A stretch of DNA of 64,000 bases from the human T2T-CHM13v2.0 reference genome, Homo sapiens, in the NCBI RefSeq assembly GCF_009914755.1, contig NC_060925.1. The stretch is one strand, 5' to 3'. Shown piece by piece: positions 28,326 through 41,742 of the stretch. Position 1 is the first letter of the stretch; the number at the start of each line of letters is the position of its first letter. The translations under genes and the position numbers were made by a program. The notes beneath the pieces were generated by a model. That model had not been told where the DNA came from. It was given only the letters and a program-made list of their open reading frames with translations, and did not search any database.

Positions 28326-30267
28326 TGAGACTCAAGGGCTATGACACAGTGCTACTGCCCTGGCCTTCCCAGATGCCACATTCTCTGTTGACCTCCTGGA
28401 CTCAGGATGTCCTTTCCATCCCTGTCTTTGAACACTTCTTCCTGCCTGTGGTCTCTCCTTGCCCCTGCGCAGATCCTCCTCCTGACTTCTTGGCCTCATT
28501 CACTCCAACAGAACTGTCCCTCCCAGCTCAAGTATACTGTGTCTCTACCCAAGTCAAAGCCCTGGATGACGGCTGCAAAGCATAAGGCTTCGGGTTCCCA
28601 GCTCAGTCACACATAAGCTTCATACCCTAGACGTGTATGATGATCTGCATGAAGTCCATTTCCCCACTTTCGTGGGGTACAGTCCCCTTGAGGCAGGGAC
28701 CAGGTCTGTTCTGGTCCCCATCGCATGCTCAGCCCCAGCATCGGGCCTGGCCCATGGCAAGCCTAGCTAGTACTTGTTGAGTTAGTAGATGCTGCATCAA
28801 GGTGGCCTTGGGAGCACGTGGAGATGATGATAGCCATGTCAGACGACAGCAGGGAGAGTGGAAAGTCACCCAGCCCTGGGCATCCGAATCAGCATTTTCT
28901 GGAGACTGGCGCCTGGACCACCTCAGCACAATACCTACCACTGATTGAGCTTCTGCTTGGCATATGGCCCTGCTAGGGCACTGGGAACCCAGTCTCACCT
29001 TCCAGCCATATTGAGTGGCACAGAGGAGGCTCGCAAGCAGAGATGATTGCAGTGCCCTATAGTGCACCGTTGGGGTAGAGGGAGGCCCAGAGCCTGGGGC
29101 ATTCTGGGTGAGCTGATGCCAGAGGTGGGTTTTGTAGATGTGGAGGTTTGGTAAGAAGGGAGAAGTGGGGCTCCAGAGAGGGTCCCTCAGGTCTCTGCAC
29201 CCTCTTTTCCATTTATTTGTACCTCCTGATATCCTGTCCAGGGTCCCAAGACAGCCTCTACAGGGGGTCCCAGCTGAGCAGGCCAGAGGGAGGAGGCACA
29301 GCCTCTCACCCATGCCTCTGCCTGGACACAGGACCAGGAAATGCCATCCCCAGTCTTGTTGGGCTCAGACATTGTGATCCGTCGGTGAGCCATCGAGCCC
29401 CTCCTTCAGGCCCCCAGAGGAAGCTGGAGGAGTTTGCGGAGGGTGGGAGCTGGGGCTGGGAGCAGGGAAAAGTCAGATTCCCTCGCTCAGAGGAAACCCG
29501 CTGGTGCTCAGTGAGATTAAAACTATCACTCCTGGCTGAATTGGCCTCTTCTACTGTTTTGCTAAATATTTAAAGACCCCTTATTAAAAGAGTTACCATC
29601 TTAAAAATGTCAGATCTTCATCTGTCATGTCCTTCCTCTGGAGTGTGGCCTCAGGGCTGTATCCAAGCACCCCAGAAACAGAAACCCTCTTTGCCCTGGG
29701 CCCCAGGATCATTTCAAGTGGTTTCTGAGGACCCACTCTGTACCCAGCACTGTGGCTGCCCGAGCATCTGCCTCTCCAGCCACAGTAGCTTCTGCCACGT
29801 GATGGGCTGGCACCAGCCTGAGCAGGTCTCAGGGAATATGGTGAGGAGGCAGCTTGGGCTGCAGTACGTGGCCATAGTGCACTCTGCCCAGCCCAAGGTT
29901 CTGTTTGCTGCTTCCCTCCTCCCTGGGCACCAGGCTGGGCTGGAGGCAGAGAAGCTAAGGACAGCCCAGCCTAGGGAGTGAGGAAGCAGGAAGTGAAGCC
30001 CTGAGCCACGGCAAGGTCTTGGCCCTGCTGATGATGTTGGGCAAGCAGAGGGTCATGGGGGCACCGAGCAAGAAGCATCCACTTCTGCCTGGAGAAATTA
30101 GAGCCAGATTAGAGGAGAAGCTGTTGTAGGATTAGGATGAGAATTAGGTCTTTGAGCAGCACCTAAAAGGTGAATACCAGTTCACTGGACATAGAAATGG
30201 GGGTTTCCCCCAACCCTCTAAAAACAAAGAAAACCAGACAACACAAAGACATACAGGTTCAAAGACT

Positions 30268-30620
30268 TGTTCAACAAGCAATTGAGCACCTACTGTATGC
30301 CAGGAACCATGCCAGGCCCTGAGAATATAGAACTGAGTGTGACATGTTCCTGCTTCCCGTAAAATTTGCCCGCCTAGCTGGGGAAATAGACTAAAAACAG
30401 CCCATGATGTGGAATCAAATGTGCTGTAATAAAAGCGGTTGCAGCTGCCTCCCTAGCACGGGGTAGGAGGTGGGGGATGGGGTGGGGGTTACCTCTGTGC
30501 CTCAGGTGGGAGGTGGGAGGGGTGCCTCAAGGGGAGGTGATGTCTAAGCAGGTTTTGAGGATACCCTGAATCCACTAGGAATGTGCAGTAGCTTGGTGTG
30601 GCCTGGACAGATGGGGAGAG
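30268..30620 (-). mobile_element. L2 fragment
   Basis: ttcaacaagcaattgagcacctactgtatgccaggaaccatgccaggccctgagaatatag. Confidence 0.7.
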
Positions 30621-31534
30621 AGGGAAGTACTGATGAATGAGACCAGAGAAAGGGCCCCAGAGTACAAGGGAAAGGCATGGGAAAGAGATATCCAGAGCCT
30701 TCTGGAATGATCCAAGCAGAGAGGGATGGAGAAGCCGCTGCTATGAGGAAAGACTGCCCCACAGAGACAAGGGTGGAGACGGAGCTGGTGAGGAAGGGGA
30801 AGCCCATGGGAGCTGTGGTCTGAGCTGGGTCTGAAGGGCTGGTCAGCCGGGGGATGCCCCACTGCCCACAGATGGTACAGTGAGGCTGGTGCCAGTGTGG
30901 CCCACAGGGAACGAATGCCCAGCCAGAGCAGAACCACCCAAGGTGACCCTGGACGGGGGAGGGGCTCAGCCTGGAGGGGGAGGCGGAGCTGGCCTGTGTC
31001 CCCTCCCAGGTGGAAAGACCTGGGCCCAAGGCCACCTGACGCCGGAGGAGCCAGAGAGAAGAGGGGACACAGGACAGAACAAAGACATGGCTGGACGTTC
31101 ACTCACATCCACCCTCATGGTAGAAGAGTCTGGAACTCAGTTTAAATTTTTCAAGTCTTTCATGAAAGGGGAGGTTGCCTCCTCTTCCTAAGCGATGAAC
31201 ATCTCAATTTGCTGCTGCTACAGAGGGCCAGGGGTAGCATCACTGAGGCTAGGAGATGTCACCGGATGTCAGCCTTGACTTGAGCGAACATTCAGGGGTC
31301 AGGATGGTGTCATGAATGGAGCTCCCAGAGCCTGCGAGTCCAAAGACCTGGGTCCCATCTGGGTGTGGCCACAGATGCCTGGCGTGACCTTGGACACAGC
31401 TGTGGCTGCTCCAGGCCTCCCTCCTCACCTGATAAACAGGGGAGTTGGGCTGGTGGGTGGACAATCCCTCTCTGCTCCACACATTTTCCATCCCGGTGCA
31501 TCCTCCGCCCGCCGCTCACCTTGCTGTCGGCAAG

Positions 31535-31815
31535 AGTTAAGTTTTACTGAGAAAAGAATTTCTCTCTGGAATATTGAGTATAATTAAAACTCTGCTGTGA
31601 AAAAAAAAAAAAAGCCTAGCAAACACTGAGAGACCTAGAGGAAGTGAAAATGTAAAAACACGACCCCCATTTTCCTCTCCCTATGACATGGATTATTAAG
31701 TCAGGTTTGAAAAGTTCCTATTAAATATTTAAATATTTCATTAAATATTCATCATCTCAAAAATTGCTTCCTAACAGATCCTTAGGTAAATATAACAATA
31801 TTTGATCACAAAAGC
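31535..31815. promoter_or_regulatory. Candidate enhancer island rich in Forkhead-like sites
   Basis: AT-rich island with ttaaatatttaaatatttcattaaatattc, ggtaaatataacaatatttg, TAATTA and GGATTA. Confidence 0.4.
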
Positions 31816-32614
31816 TGCTTGGCCTGACTGAGGCTCAGGAAGGGTGATACTCTGTCTGGGGCTCTGGTCCCACGGGTACAGGGAATCCTGCTTACGAGAG
31901 GGAGGCTGAGAGACCGGGAGGGGAACACACGCCTGGCCACCAGGAGGGCCCGGGTGGCCACGGACTTGCCTACTGGGCGAATGAGCCTCAGAAAGGTGAT
32001 ACGGCAAACGGAGCTCATGTGGCTTGTAGTGGTGCAGCTGGGAGCCGAACCCATGTTGGCCGGACCCCTCTGTGGGCGATGAAGAAGGCTCTCCCACAGT
32101 AGGGGCTGCCCGCTGGCTTAGGCCATCCCAACACTGGCCACGTGCAGGGGACATTGTGAAAGGGACCTTCTATCAGACCAGCAGCTGGGCTGGAAACCCT
32201 TGACATCCCTTCCCCGGGGCTGTGGAGGGGAGGGGTGCTCCCCTGGGGTTCTGTGGAACTGGATTCACAGCCCGGTTGTTCCTTGTAAGGGCACCTGGTC
32301 TCCCAAAGTGGAGTATAAACAGCTTTCAGTGGGCAGGACATGTGGCAGCCACCCTCGCCTCCACCGTCTTTCTTACCTCCCAGGTATGGTGCTGGGGTCT
32401 GCAGGAGGGTCTCAAACCTGGAGCTGTCGGGGTTTGGGCCAGATGGAGGAGTCAAGGTGGAGACCGTCCCGTGCACTGGAGGATGCGGCTCCCACTGGGC
32501 CTGCACCTAGTAGATGCCAGTGTGCCCCAACCCCTCATGCCCACCTGAAATGCCCAGACACTTCCTATGCCCCCAGGGAGCCATACTGCCCCTGGCTGAG
32601 AACATTGCTTTACC

Positions 32615-32787
32615 AGAAGGGCACTTTGTAAACACGTGGTGCGCGTGGATGGTGTAGCACCATCTGGAGGGAGAGAGTAGGGGAGGGAAGCAGAGTGACT
32701 CTACAAGAAGGGCACTTGGTAAACACGTGGCACGCATGGATGGCATGACACCGTCTGGAGGGAGAGTAGGGGAGGGAAGCGGAGTGA
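32615..32787. repeat. 91-bp tandem duplication carrying GTAAACACGTG
   Basis: agaagggcactt.gtaaacacgtgg...ctggagggaga..gtaggggagggaagc.gagtga at 32615 and 32706. Confidence 0.92.
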
Positions 32788-33284
32788 AGTCAGGTTGATA
32801 GTGTTGGGCCTGCCTTTGGCCTGAAGGGCTTTGAGTGGGGGCGGGGTGGGGGGTGAGGGGGTGGGGGAGCTGCTGAGTGCTGGATTTCAGCAGCCACGGT
32901 GCCAGCTTTCAGTTCCCACATGGGCTTCTTCTCAAAGGCCTCAGGGGATCGTGCCAGGCTAAGGGGTCCCTGGCTCTGCTCACCTCCACCTGGCACTCGC
33001 TAGGCATATGCTGCAGCCCCTAACCCTCCCTGGGGCTCAGGACTCAGTGGAACGGCAGGGACTCAGAGCAGCCCTGCCAGTGCCACGGGCCTCCCAGCCC
33101 TGTGTGGGGGTTCTCTCGTCCACCCGAGTGCTTTCACTGGCCCTGGAAGCCTCCCCAGCCTGAATGCAGCCCTTGGAGGGTGGGGACACTGTCCTCTCCT
33201 GCCTTCCTGTGCTGAGTGTGAGGAACTCCCATGAGCATTCCAGGTGGGCTCGCTGCTGAACAAGGTAGAAGCTCTTCACTGCTT

Positions 33285-33400
33285 TTTATAGTGCAGGCAC
33301 CTGGGTGCAGAGAAGCAAAGCTATTTGCCCAAGGTCACATGGCAATCAATCCAGGTTTACACCCAGGTTGGTCTGACCTCAGAGCCCATGCTCTGAAGCA
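33285..33400 (-). mobile_element. MIR
   Basis: atttgcccaaggtcacatggc...acccaggttggtctgacctcagagcccatgctct. Confidence 0.75.
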
Positions 33401-33934
33401 GGCTGTCCATGCACACCACACAGACTGCCCATGTCACTGAGTCCTCGGAGCAGGTCAGCGGGTGCTCCTCTGCGGCCGCTGTCTTGATCCTCCTCATTCC
33501 AAACGCATGTGTTTGCAGAGCAGAGAGGGAGTCTTGGTGCCCAAGCCCAGTCCCCGCACCTCCCTCCTCTCCTTCCCTGGGCAAATTCTGGGGTGAGGAG
33601 GAGGGCACAAAGATTGATGGGCTCCCCTCACTGGCAGCAGGCATGGACATGGAGTGGGGGGGCTCTCCCCTCCAGAATTCTGATGCATGACACCTGCTGC
33701 CAGTGCCACCCTCTCAGGCTCCTGGGTGACAGGAAGGTGTGAAACCTGACGTTTCCTTGGGTCTGGAATGTGTGCGAACCTCCATGTCCTGGAGGAAGGA
33801 CCCTCTGCCTGGGGAGAACTGGTCTCCAGGTGGGTGCTCAGCTGAGGCCTCTGTGGAGGCCGAGGCTCTCTGTGCTGTGTCCAAGCTGGGAGCTGGGCAG
33901 GCGCCAGCCCTCCTTGTGGGTGGGGGACAGAGCC

Positions 33935-34295
33935 TGTCCCAGTCTGTCTGGGCTGCTATAACACAATCTATAGACTAGGTGGCGTATAAAAAACAGAGAT
34001 TTATTTCCCAGAGTTCAGGAGGCTGGAAGTCCAAGATCAAGGTACCAGCAGGTTCGGTATCTGGTGAGGGCCTTCTTCCTGGTTCATAGACCGTGCCTTC
34101 TTGCTGCGTCCTTACGTGGTAGAAGAGGCAGGGGTCTCCCTCCAGCCTCTTTTTATAAGGACACTAATCCCATGCACAAGGGCTCTGTCCCCATGACTTC
34201 ATCACTTCCCAAAGGCCCCACCTCCTAATCCCATCTCCTCGGGGTCAGGATTTCAGCATATGAATTTGGGGACACAAAAACATTCAGACATTGCA
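33935..34295 (-). mobile_element. MaLR solo LTR (MLT1A0-like)
   Basis: gggctgctataaca...ggaggctggaagtccaagatcaagg...ttttataaggacactaatccc...cattcagacattgca. Complete TG...CA ends. Confidence 0.9.
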
Positions 34296-34844
34296 GGCCC
34301 CTCTGTGGGCGCCCAGCAGCACTGCCTGCTTGCTCTGAGGCAGCGATCCAGGCTGTTTTGCACACACAGGTGGAAATGGCTCCAAGGTACAGAAGCAAAA
34401 TGTTTCCCAAAACAAACAATAACCTGTCGTGAACATTGATACCAACATGGTCTGTGGGGCGCCATGGGCTGGAGGCCTGGGCAGCTGCTGGGGGCCACTG
34501 CCGAGCAGGAAGGGTGGCTGGCGGTTTGCACATTCTTAAGGAAAACAGCAAAGAAAGAAGAAGCTGACCCTGGGAGCATGGGCTGTGTCTGGATTCTAGA
34601 CAAACCACAAGGCTGATAAAGCGAGGAGATGTAGGCCTAGACATTTGTCAGGATGGGGCTAGGGCTTCTTAACCCAGCGAAGCTGCACCCAACGTGGTGT
34701 GCGTGGGCCAAGCAACATTTTTCTGACACGAGGTCTCTAACTCTCATCAGAGAAGTCAGAAGCAGTCTAAGACCACCGGGCCAGGCAGAGCAGCTCCCAC
34801 CAGGGTAGGCAAGGATGCTGGCAGCGTGTGGGATCCAGGAGTCA

Positions 34845-35267
<423 letters not shown>

Positions 35268-37769
35268 TCAGAGCAGCCCCCGAGGAGTATGAGCCTGACT
35301 CCTTGCTCCATGCAGCCCCCAGGGGAGAAAGGCGTTTGATACCACACTTCGCAACAAGACCACCAGGTGGCTTGGGGGTAGGAGGGAGGAGAGGGGCAGG
35401 GTTTGAATTCTGGCACTGCCGTCATGTTACCCTTAGGGCCTGGTGTCCTGCTTGGAGAGATGAGGCCCAGGATGAAGCCCCACCAGCCAGCCCAGCAGGG
35501 ATGCGGCCCCCTTGGGGACTGCAGGCACCAACTTGGAGGCCACCATCCCGCAAGCCATGGGTCTGAATCCCTGTGGAATGTGTACAAGTCCTGAGCCTCT
35601 CCAAGGCTTGATACTCCATCCTGAAAGAGGATGTGCTAATTCCCTCCTCCTTGAAGGTTGTTGTAAGGACCAAAAGTGAGGATGGGTGCCCATCAGCCAG
35701 CCAGTGAAGACACTACCTTAGGCAACAGTGGCCCAGAGATACAACAGCTCAGTGAGACAACCTGGGGAGACTTCCCTAAAAATCCAGAACACAGAAAGTG
35801 TGGCATCAGGCAAAGGATTTCCATTATGAGCAGCCACAAGAAGGAAAGCAGGCGCCCTGCCACCTCCACCCACCTCTGCTGGAGGGGAGGGGATGGAAGG
35901 GGCCTCTGCAGCTTTCACACCTTGTAAGCAGACCAGATGCAGAAGTAGAGACAGGTGGGATTGAATTAACCACAGGTGCCCGGGGCTGCAGGCCCCACCG
36001 CCTGCCCGCTCTGCCTGCAAGATTCAATACCGCCCCGTGCAGGTTAGCAGCACATTGGATTCCAACGAGTCATATTTTAACACTGCTGGATAGTTGCAGG
36101 TGACAGAAAACCTGTTTCTTTCCCATTTTATACATCCAGGAAATTTGTACCACATGCAGCCTGCATGTCATTACACACTTTAAAATACTGCATTCTCTCT
36201 TTCTGGAGCCCGCGGACCCATCACAAGGCAGATAAAATGCAGGACCGAGGGTGAGAGCCCCTCTATTGGGGCAGAGAGAGCAGCTAAATGCAGGGCATCT
36301 CATCTTACTGTTAAGAACTGATTCCTCCCTTCCACCCCCAGGAGGATCATCCTAGAGGCTGCAGGACAATCTGTTATTTCCCCGGGGAGGTCGGCGAAGG
36401 TGTTAGCTCGGGAGAAGCAGGTGTAATTACAGAGGCCCAGGCAGGGCACTGCATTAATAGATGTAGGCTCTTCAGCTAGAGACTTATGTACATGTTGCTG
36501 AGGCCCCAGACCCTGCTGAGGCTCCAGGTCCAGAGAGCAAACCTCCTGCCTGGTCCCATTAAAGCACTGAGCCAGCCCCATCTCTCCCCGTCCCTGACTC
36601 CAGTTGACAGCCATTTGCATGATGTTCTCATCTGCAGATTGCACTTCTTGCTGGGGAGCTGCTCAGAACCTACCGGGAGGGGTTTTGGAAAGCGGATTTC
36701 CAGGGCTCCAGATCAGTGCACTGAGCTCTGCAGCTGCCTGGATGGCCCCAGGCAGCTCAGCCCCCAGGCTTTACCTGGTGCAGGGATCTCCCTCCTACTG
36801 TGGCCAGGTGGCCGCCCTCGCCACTGCGGCACTGCCTACGGAGGGTCACAGCTCTGCCTGGGGGATGAGGGATGAGTCAGCTCGCCCCATCCCTGCTCTC
36901 CGAAGCCCCAGGTCCCTCCTGAGCCACCTTTCCACCTTGAGTCCTTAGCCCCCTGAGCTTTACCAGAATACGCACTGTGTGCCAAGTGCTGTGTCAGGTT
37001 GGGGAGGTGGTGGGGAACTTGAAGCCTAGCCTCTCCCTGAGAACCCTTAGAATGGACAGGGAGGCCTCCCTTCCTCCTGTCAATGAACCATCACTGAGCA
37101 CGTTCTCTGTGGCTGCTCCCTGTGAGGCCTGGAGTCCACAGCTGAGTTTGGGCAGAACCTCAGCCCTCAGAGCTCCAGAGGGTTCTCACCCAACCAGAAG
37201 GGCTATTGGCTCCCTGCCCTCAGCTCCCCTGGTTTCCTCTGAGCTGGGTCCCAGCAACACACCATTGTCCAGTAGCTCTGCTGGGCCGCGTGTGCAGACC
37301 CAGGGATGCAGAAATACATGAAAGGTCAAGTTCATGCCCACAAGGAGTCAGCAGCCTCATTGGGCAGGTGGGCCCCTTAGAAGCTAATATGGAGGGGACA
37401 CAAGAGGCAGGCAGCTCCCAGCCGCAGTGCTGAGGTTTGGACCTCAGGCTCACTGGGCTAGGCTACACAGAACACCAGGCCGGGGGGCTAACCCCCCTCT
37501 AAACTGGAGGCCTCAAGGGCAGGACAAACTTTGCCTGGTTCCCCATCAAATTTCAGCACCTCGAATGGGGCCTGGAATATAATAGGTGCTCGGCAAACTT
37601 GTCAGTTGAACAGATAGACTCACGGGGGGTCTGTGTCTCCTGCATCCCCCCTGGTTCCTCTCCAGGCCCCCCTCCGCCCTGCCAGGAGGGTGTGTGTGCT
37701 GAGGCAGCTTCCCCAGGGACTGGACAGAGTGGAATCCCTGGCCCTTGTCTGTGCCTGGGCCACGGTTTC

Positions 37770-38360
37770 TTTTTGTTTGTTTTCATTTTGGTCAGATTCA
37801 CATAATGCAAAATTAACTTTTTAAAGTCAGCAATTCAGAAGCATTAGTACATTTACAGTGTTGTACCGTCATCACCACTATCTTGTTCCAAAACACTTTC
37901 ATCACCCCAAAGGGAAACTCCCAATGCATTAGCAGCCGTTCCCCCTTCTTCCCTCCCTCTGCCTCTAGCGACCACCAATCTGCATTCTGACCCTATAGGT
38001 TGACCTCTTCAGAATGTTTCCTAGGAATGGAATCATACAATGTGTGGCCTTCTGTGCCTGGCTTCTTTCAGTGAGTCTGTTTTCAAGGTTCATCCATGTT
38101 GTGGCGCATGTCAGCTCTTGGTTCCCCTCTCGGGGTGGATAACGTTCCATTGTATGGCGAGCCCACATTTGCTTACCTCTTCCTCTGCCGATGGGCATGT
38201 AGGCTGTTCCTGCCTTGTGTGAAGTGTGCCACTGTAGATATGTGTGTGCAGGTACCTGTTTGAGTCTGTTTTCAGTTCTTTTGGGCAGTTACCTAGGAGT
38301 GGAATGGCTGGGTTGTATGCTAATCCTATGTTTAACTTTTTGAGGAATGGGCCACAGTTT
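37770..38360 (-). mobile_element. Old L1M (L1MB-like) 3' UTR fragment
   Basis: ttccaaaacactttcatcaccccaaa...aatggaatcatacaatgtgtggccttctgtg...ttttcaaggttcatccatgttgt...tacctaggagtggaatggctggg. Confidence 0.85.
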
Positions 38361-39779
38361 CTCTATGAAGTTCAAACGAGGTTCTTGAATCGGCTTCCAG
38401 TTGACTAACTAGACTCCAAGGAAACACAGATGAAATAAGACCCCATCCCAGCCCCCAGGACCTCCTGGCCTGCTCTCAGCCCATGTGAGGCAGCAAAGCT
38501 GCTGCTGGGACAGGAGGACCCTAGGGGAAGCTTTGGAGAGTCCGAGCTCCCAGCAGCATCTGGTGGCAGAACCTTCTTTTGGCTTCGTCCCTGAAGCATA
38601 AATGTGGAATCGTGTCCAGCGGCAGCCTGGGTTCCCCAGCCTGGGAGGTTCACGGGAGGAGGCTGGCCCAGAAAGCACATGGCCCAGAATGAGCCACACG
38701 GGGTGACTGTGGCTTTGGGCAGGTCCCCCTCTCCCTGCACCTCCCTCCCCACTGTCATTATCTGCAGAGTCAGGGGTGGGCCTGACAGCTTCCAGCAGTC
38801 TGTCCAGGTGCCTAGATCTCTATACTCCTGGACCCCAAATCTAGGAACCACTAATCAGGAAGGAAATTCCTCCACCAATCCTTCCAGGCCTTTCCACAGA
38901 GAAGGCAGCCCTTTTAGCATTTTATGTCCGGATGAAATAGTTCTAGGCACTATGCTGGAACCCCCAGCTCTGAGCCAAACAGGCCTTCCCTGGTCCCCCC
39001 AAGTCCTGGGGGAAGGCTGCCCTGCACCTGTCCCTGGAGGGGGACATGTGGGCAGATGGCACAAAGGTGGTACTGGCCATAAAAGCCATGTTGCAGGCAA
39101 CAGGCTGGTCCCATTGGCCTTCCCTGCTCTCTCCTCAGTAGGAGGCAAGGCCTAGAGAGCTGACCCTTAGGCAGAAGAAGGGGTGGCTGTGGCAGACAAA
39201 AGACCCCCCTGAGGGAGGGAAGGAAAGGGACGGTGGGGTTCCCACTTTCCTTGGAGCTGCTGTGGAGTCTTTGCTCACTCATGCTGGGACCCGGCCCCCC
39301 GCAGCAGCCCGGGGACCTGGAGGTGCATCCACTGTGGTGAGCTGCAGCAGGCGTGTTGGGTTAAGACCTATGTGGTTGGTTCTGAAGAGAGCTGGGAATT
39401 TCAGGGGAGACCTGAGCGGAACCAGGGAGGATCTGACATTTTTATAAAAGGAGGTCCCTGTGCTCATCCAGTGGGGAGGGGATCCCAGAGCTTATGTCCC
39501 CGAGGGGAGCTCTGACTCTGTCCCCCTTTCTGTTTGCACTTGGGCAGGGCTCTCGAGTCCTTGGAAGCTGCCGTTTATTTTAAAACAGCCCGGACTCCTT
39601 GAGGAAGCTGAGGAGAGAGGAAATGGCAGAGGCGACCTCGCCTCACACTTCCTGGGCGGGAGTCCCCACTAGGTGGCCGCCTGAGCCATGGGGAGCTATT
39701 AGGAGGATCCTGCTGTAATCAAGAGATGGGCAGGCAGGGGACAGAGTGCCCCGTGTCTGGGGAAACTGAGGAGGTTTGT

Positions 39780-39975
39780 GTTTATCGAAGACCTTTTATG
39801 TGCCAGTCACTGCAAACGTATTGTCATTTAATCCAACAAACCTGCAAGATCAGGGTCATCCTTCATCCCCTCCCTACTAATGAGGACATTGTGATTCAGT
39901 GTCGCGGCCACTGGCCCACAGTCATCAGTGCTGCTAAGATGTGCAGGCGAGTTTCAAACCCAAGTCTGGCTTAGT
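39780..39975 (-). mobile_element. MIR
   Basis: atgtgccagtcactg...tcatttaatccaacaaacctgcaag...gagtttcaaacccaagtctggct. Confidence 0.6.
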
Positions 39976-41564
39976 GCCCAAACTTCCACCAGGCACCCCA
40001 GGCCCAAGGCCAGGCACCCCGACCTCCATCCAGGAGGACCGAGTGAGTTTCTCTGCCTGATCAGGGAGGATAGGAAGGGGCCTCTACCCCCGCTTCGTCC
40101 TACTCAGCTCTCTCCTCCTGAGGGTCTGAGGCCTGGACAGCAGTGCTGGGCGGGAGGCCTCAGTCAGCCTGGGTCTGAGGGTGCAGAGCTCCCTGGGGAC
40201 ATTACCTCTTCCTGCAAGGGGCAAAGTTCCTCAGTCCCTGTGTTAAAGGAAGGTTGGCTTCTCCTCTGCCCGAGATCCCAGAGCGCTCACAGTGCAGCCC
40301 TTCTTTCTGCTAAACTGCAGACTTATTTTATCAGCAGTTATTATTGAAGTCTCACCATTACTATTATTTTCATTCTGCAGATGATGAAGTCAGGGCTCAG
40401 TGAGACTGAGTGATTCAGCTGGGGTTCATCCCCCTGCTCCGTGCCAGAGCCTCGGAGGTTCCGATGCACTCAGGGCCCTGGGGGCATCCAGGGCCGGCCT
40501 GGCTGGGGCAGCGCATCTGCAGGTGTTTGAGGCACATTTGTTTTCAGGGGAAGGGGCGCTGCTGTGCAGACCCTGCTAAGTCTGTTCCAGGACAAGACAT
40601 GCTGCCCATCCCTCCTGCTTCTCTAGTGCAGGAGCCGCGGCTCGGCATGGTTCTGCGTGTGTGTTTCCGACACTGGCTCCCAGGTGGAAGGCCTGATGCC
40701 GCCCTGCTGTCTGCTCTCTTTTGTAGAGATGTTTTCGTGAACTTGAGAAAAAATCGGGAAAAGGCCGATTCCCTCTGCCCAGCCCATTAATTCTGCATGC
40801 TCAGGCCGAATTAACCTTGGCAAGCCTTCAAGAGGAGAGAGTAATTCTAACCTTAAAAATCTGCTGATGAAAGCTGGTTTCAGGAATCCAACTCCTCTTA
40901 ATGTCCTGGCAGACAGCTCAGCCTTGCATTAACATAGCCACAGACCGGCCCGGCGTTTCCCTCCACCTGCTTCATAAGCAAAACCCTGTTGTCCGTTTTA
41001 AGCAAGAATCCCTGCCCAGACTCCCTGGCCACATGCAGCCGCACATGTTGGAGTGTGCCGTGGATACCTACGTGGCGTCACAGGTGCCTAGAGCGGGCGG
41101 CGCTGGGGAGCTGGATGCCAGCAGGCTCTGGAGCTGAGTAGTAACCACAGCCAGGAATCCCGGCAGTGCCAGCCCCGCAGACGCCTGCCCACAGGAGAAG
41201 AGAGCCACTGATTTCTGGGCAGCACTTGGCCCTCCGTGCCGTCCAGAATGGCCTCGGGGAGTGGGCTCCTGGCATCTGCATCTGCTCTCCTCTGGGAATG
41301 GCAGATGAGTAGAGAGAAAGGCCGGCCACCTGGGGCTGTGTAGCCGAAGCTCCCAGCGCCAGAGGGTACAGCCTGAGCCTCCTTACCAAGGCTCAGGGTC
41401 CCACCGTTGGTCATCCCTGAGGCTGAAATACACAACACCCCTGCTGGCCTAACAGGCTGTTGATAAGGAACACATCAGACCCAGAGCTACTTGCAGGCAT
41501 TCGTCAGAGATCCCTTGTGCTTAATGCAGGCAGACCTGGTGAAGGGTGAGGGGGTACCCATAAC

Positions 41565-41742
41565 AGAGGGATGGAGGAAGGGAGGGAGGGAGATGGAAGG
41601 GAGGGAGGAAAAATGGGAGGGAGGGAGGAAGAATGGGAGAGAGGGAGGGAGAGAAGGAGGGAGGGAGGAAGGAAGGAAGGGGGGCAGGGAGGCAAGAAGA
41701 ATGGGAGGGAGGAAGGACAGGGAGCGGGAAGGAGGAAGGCAG
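41565..41742. repeat. Polypurine (GGA/GGAA/GGGA) low-complexity tract
   Basis: ~175 nt almost entirely G/A. Confidence 0.9.
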
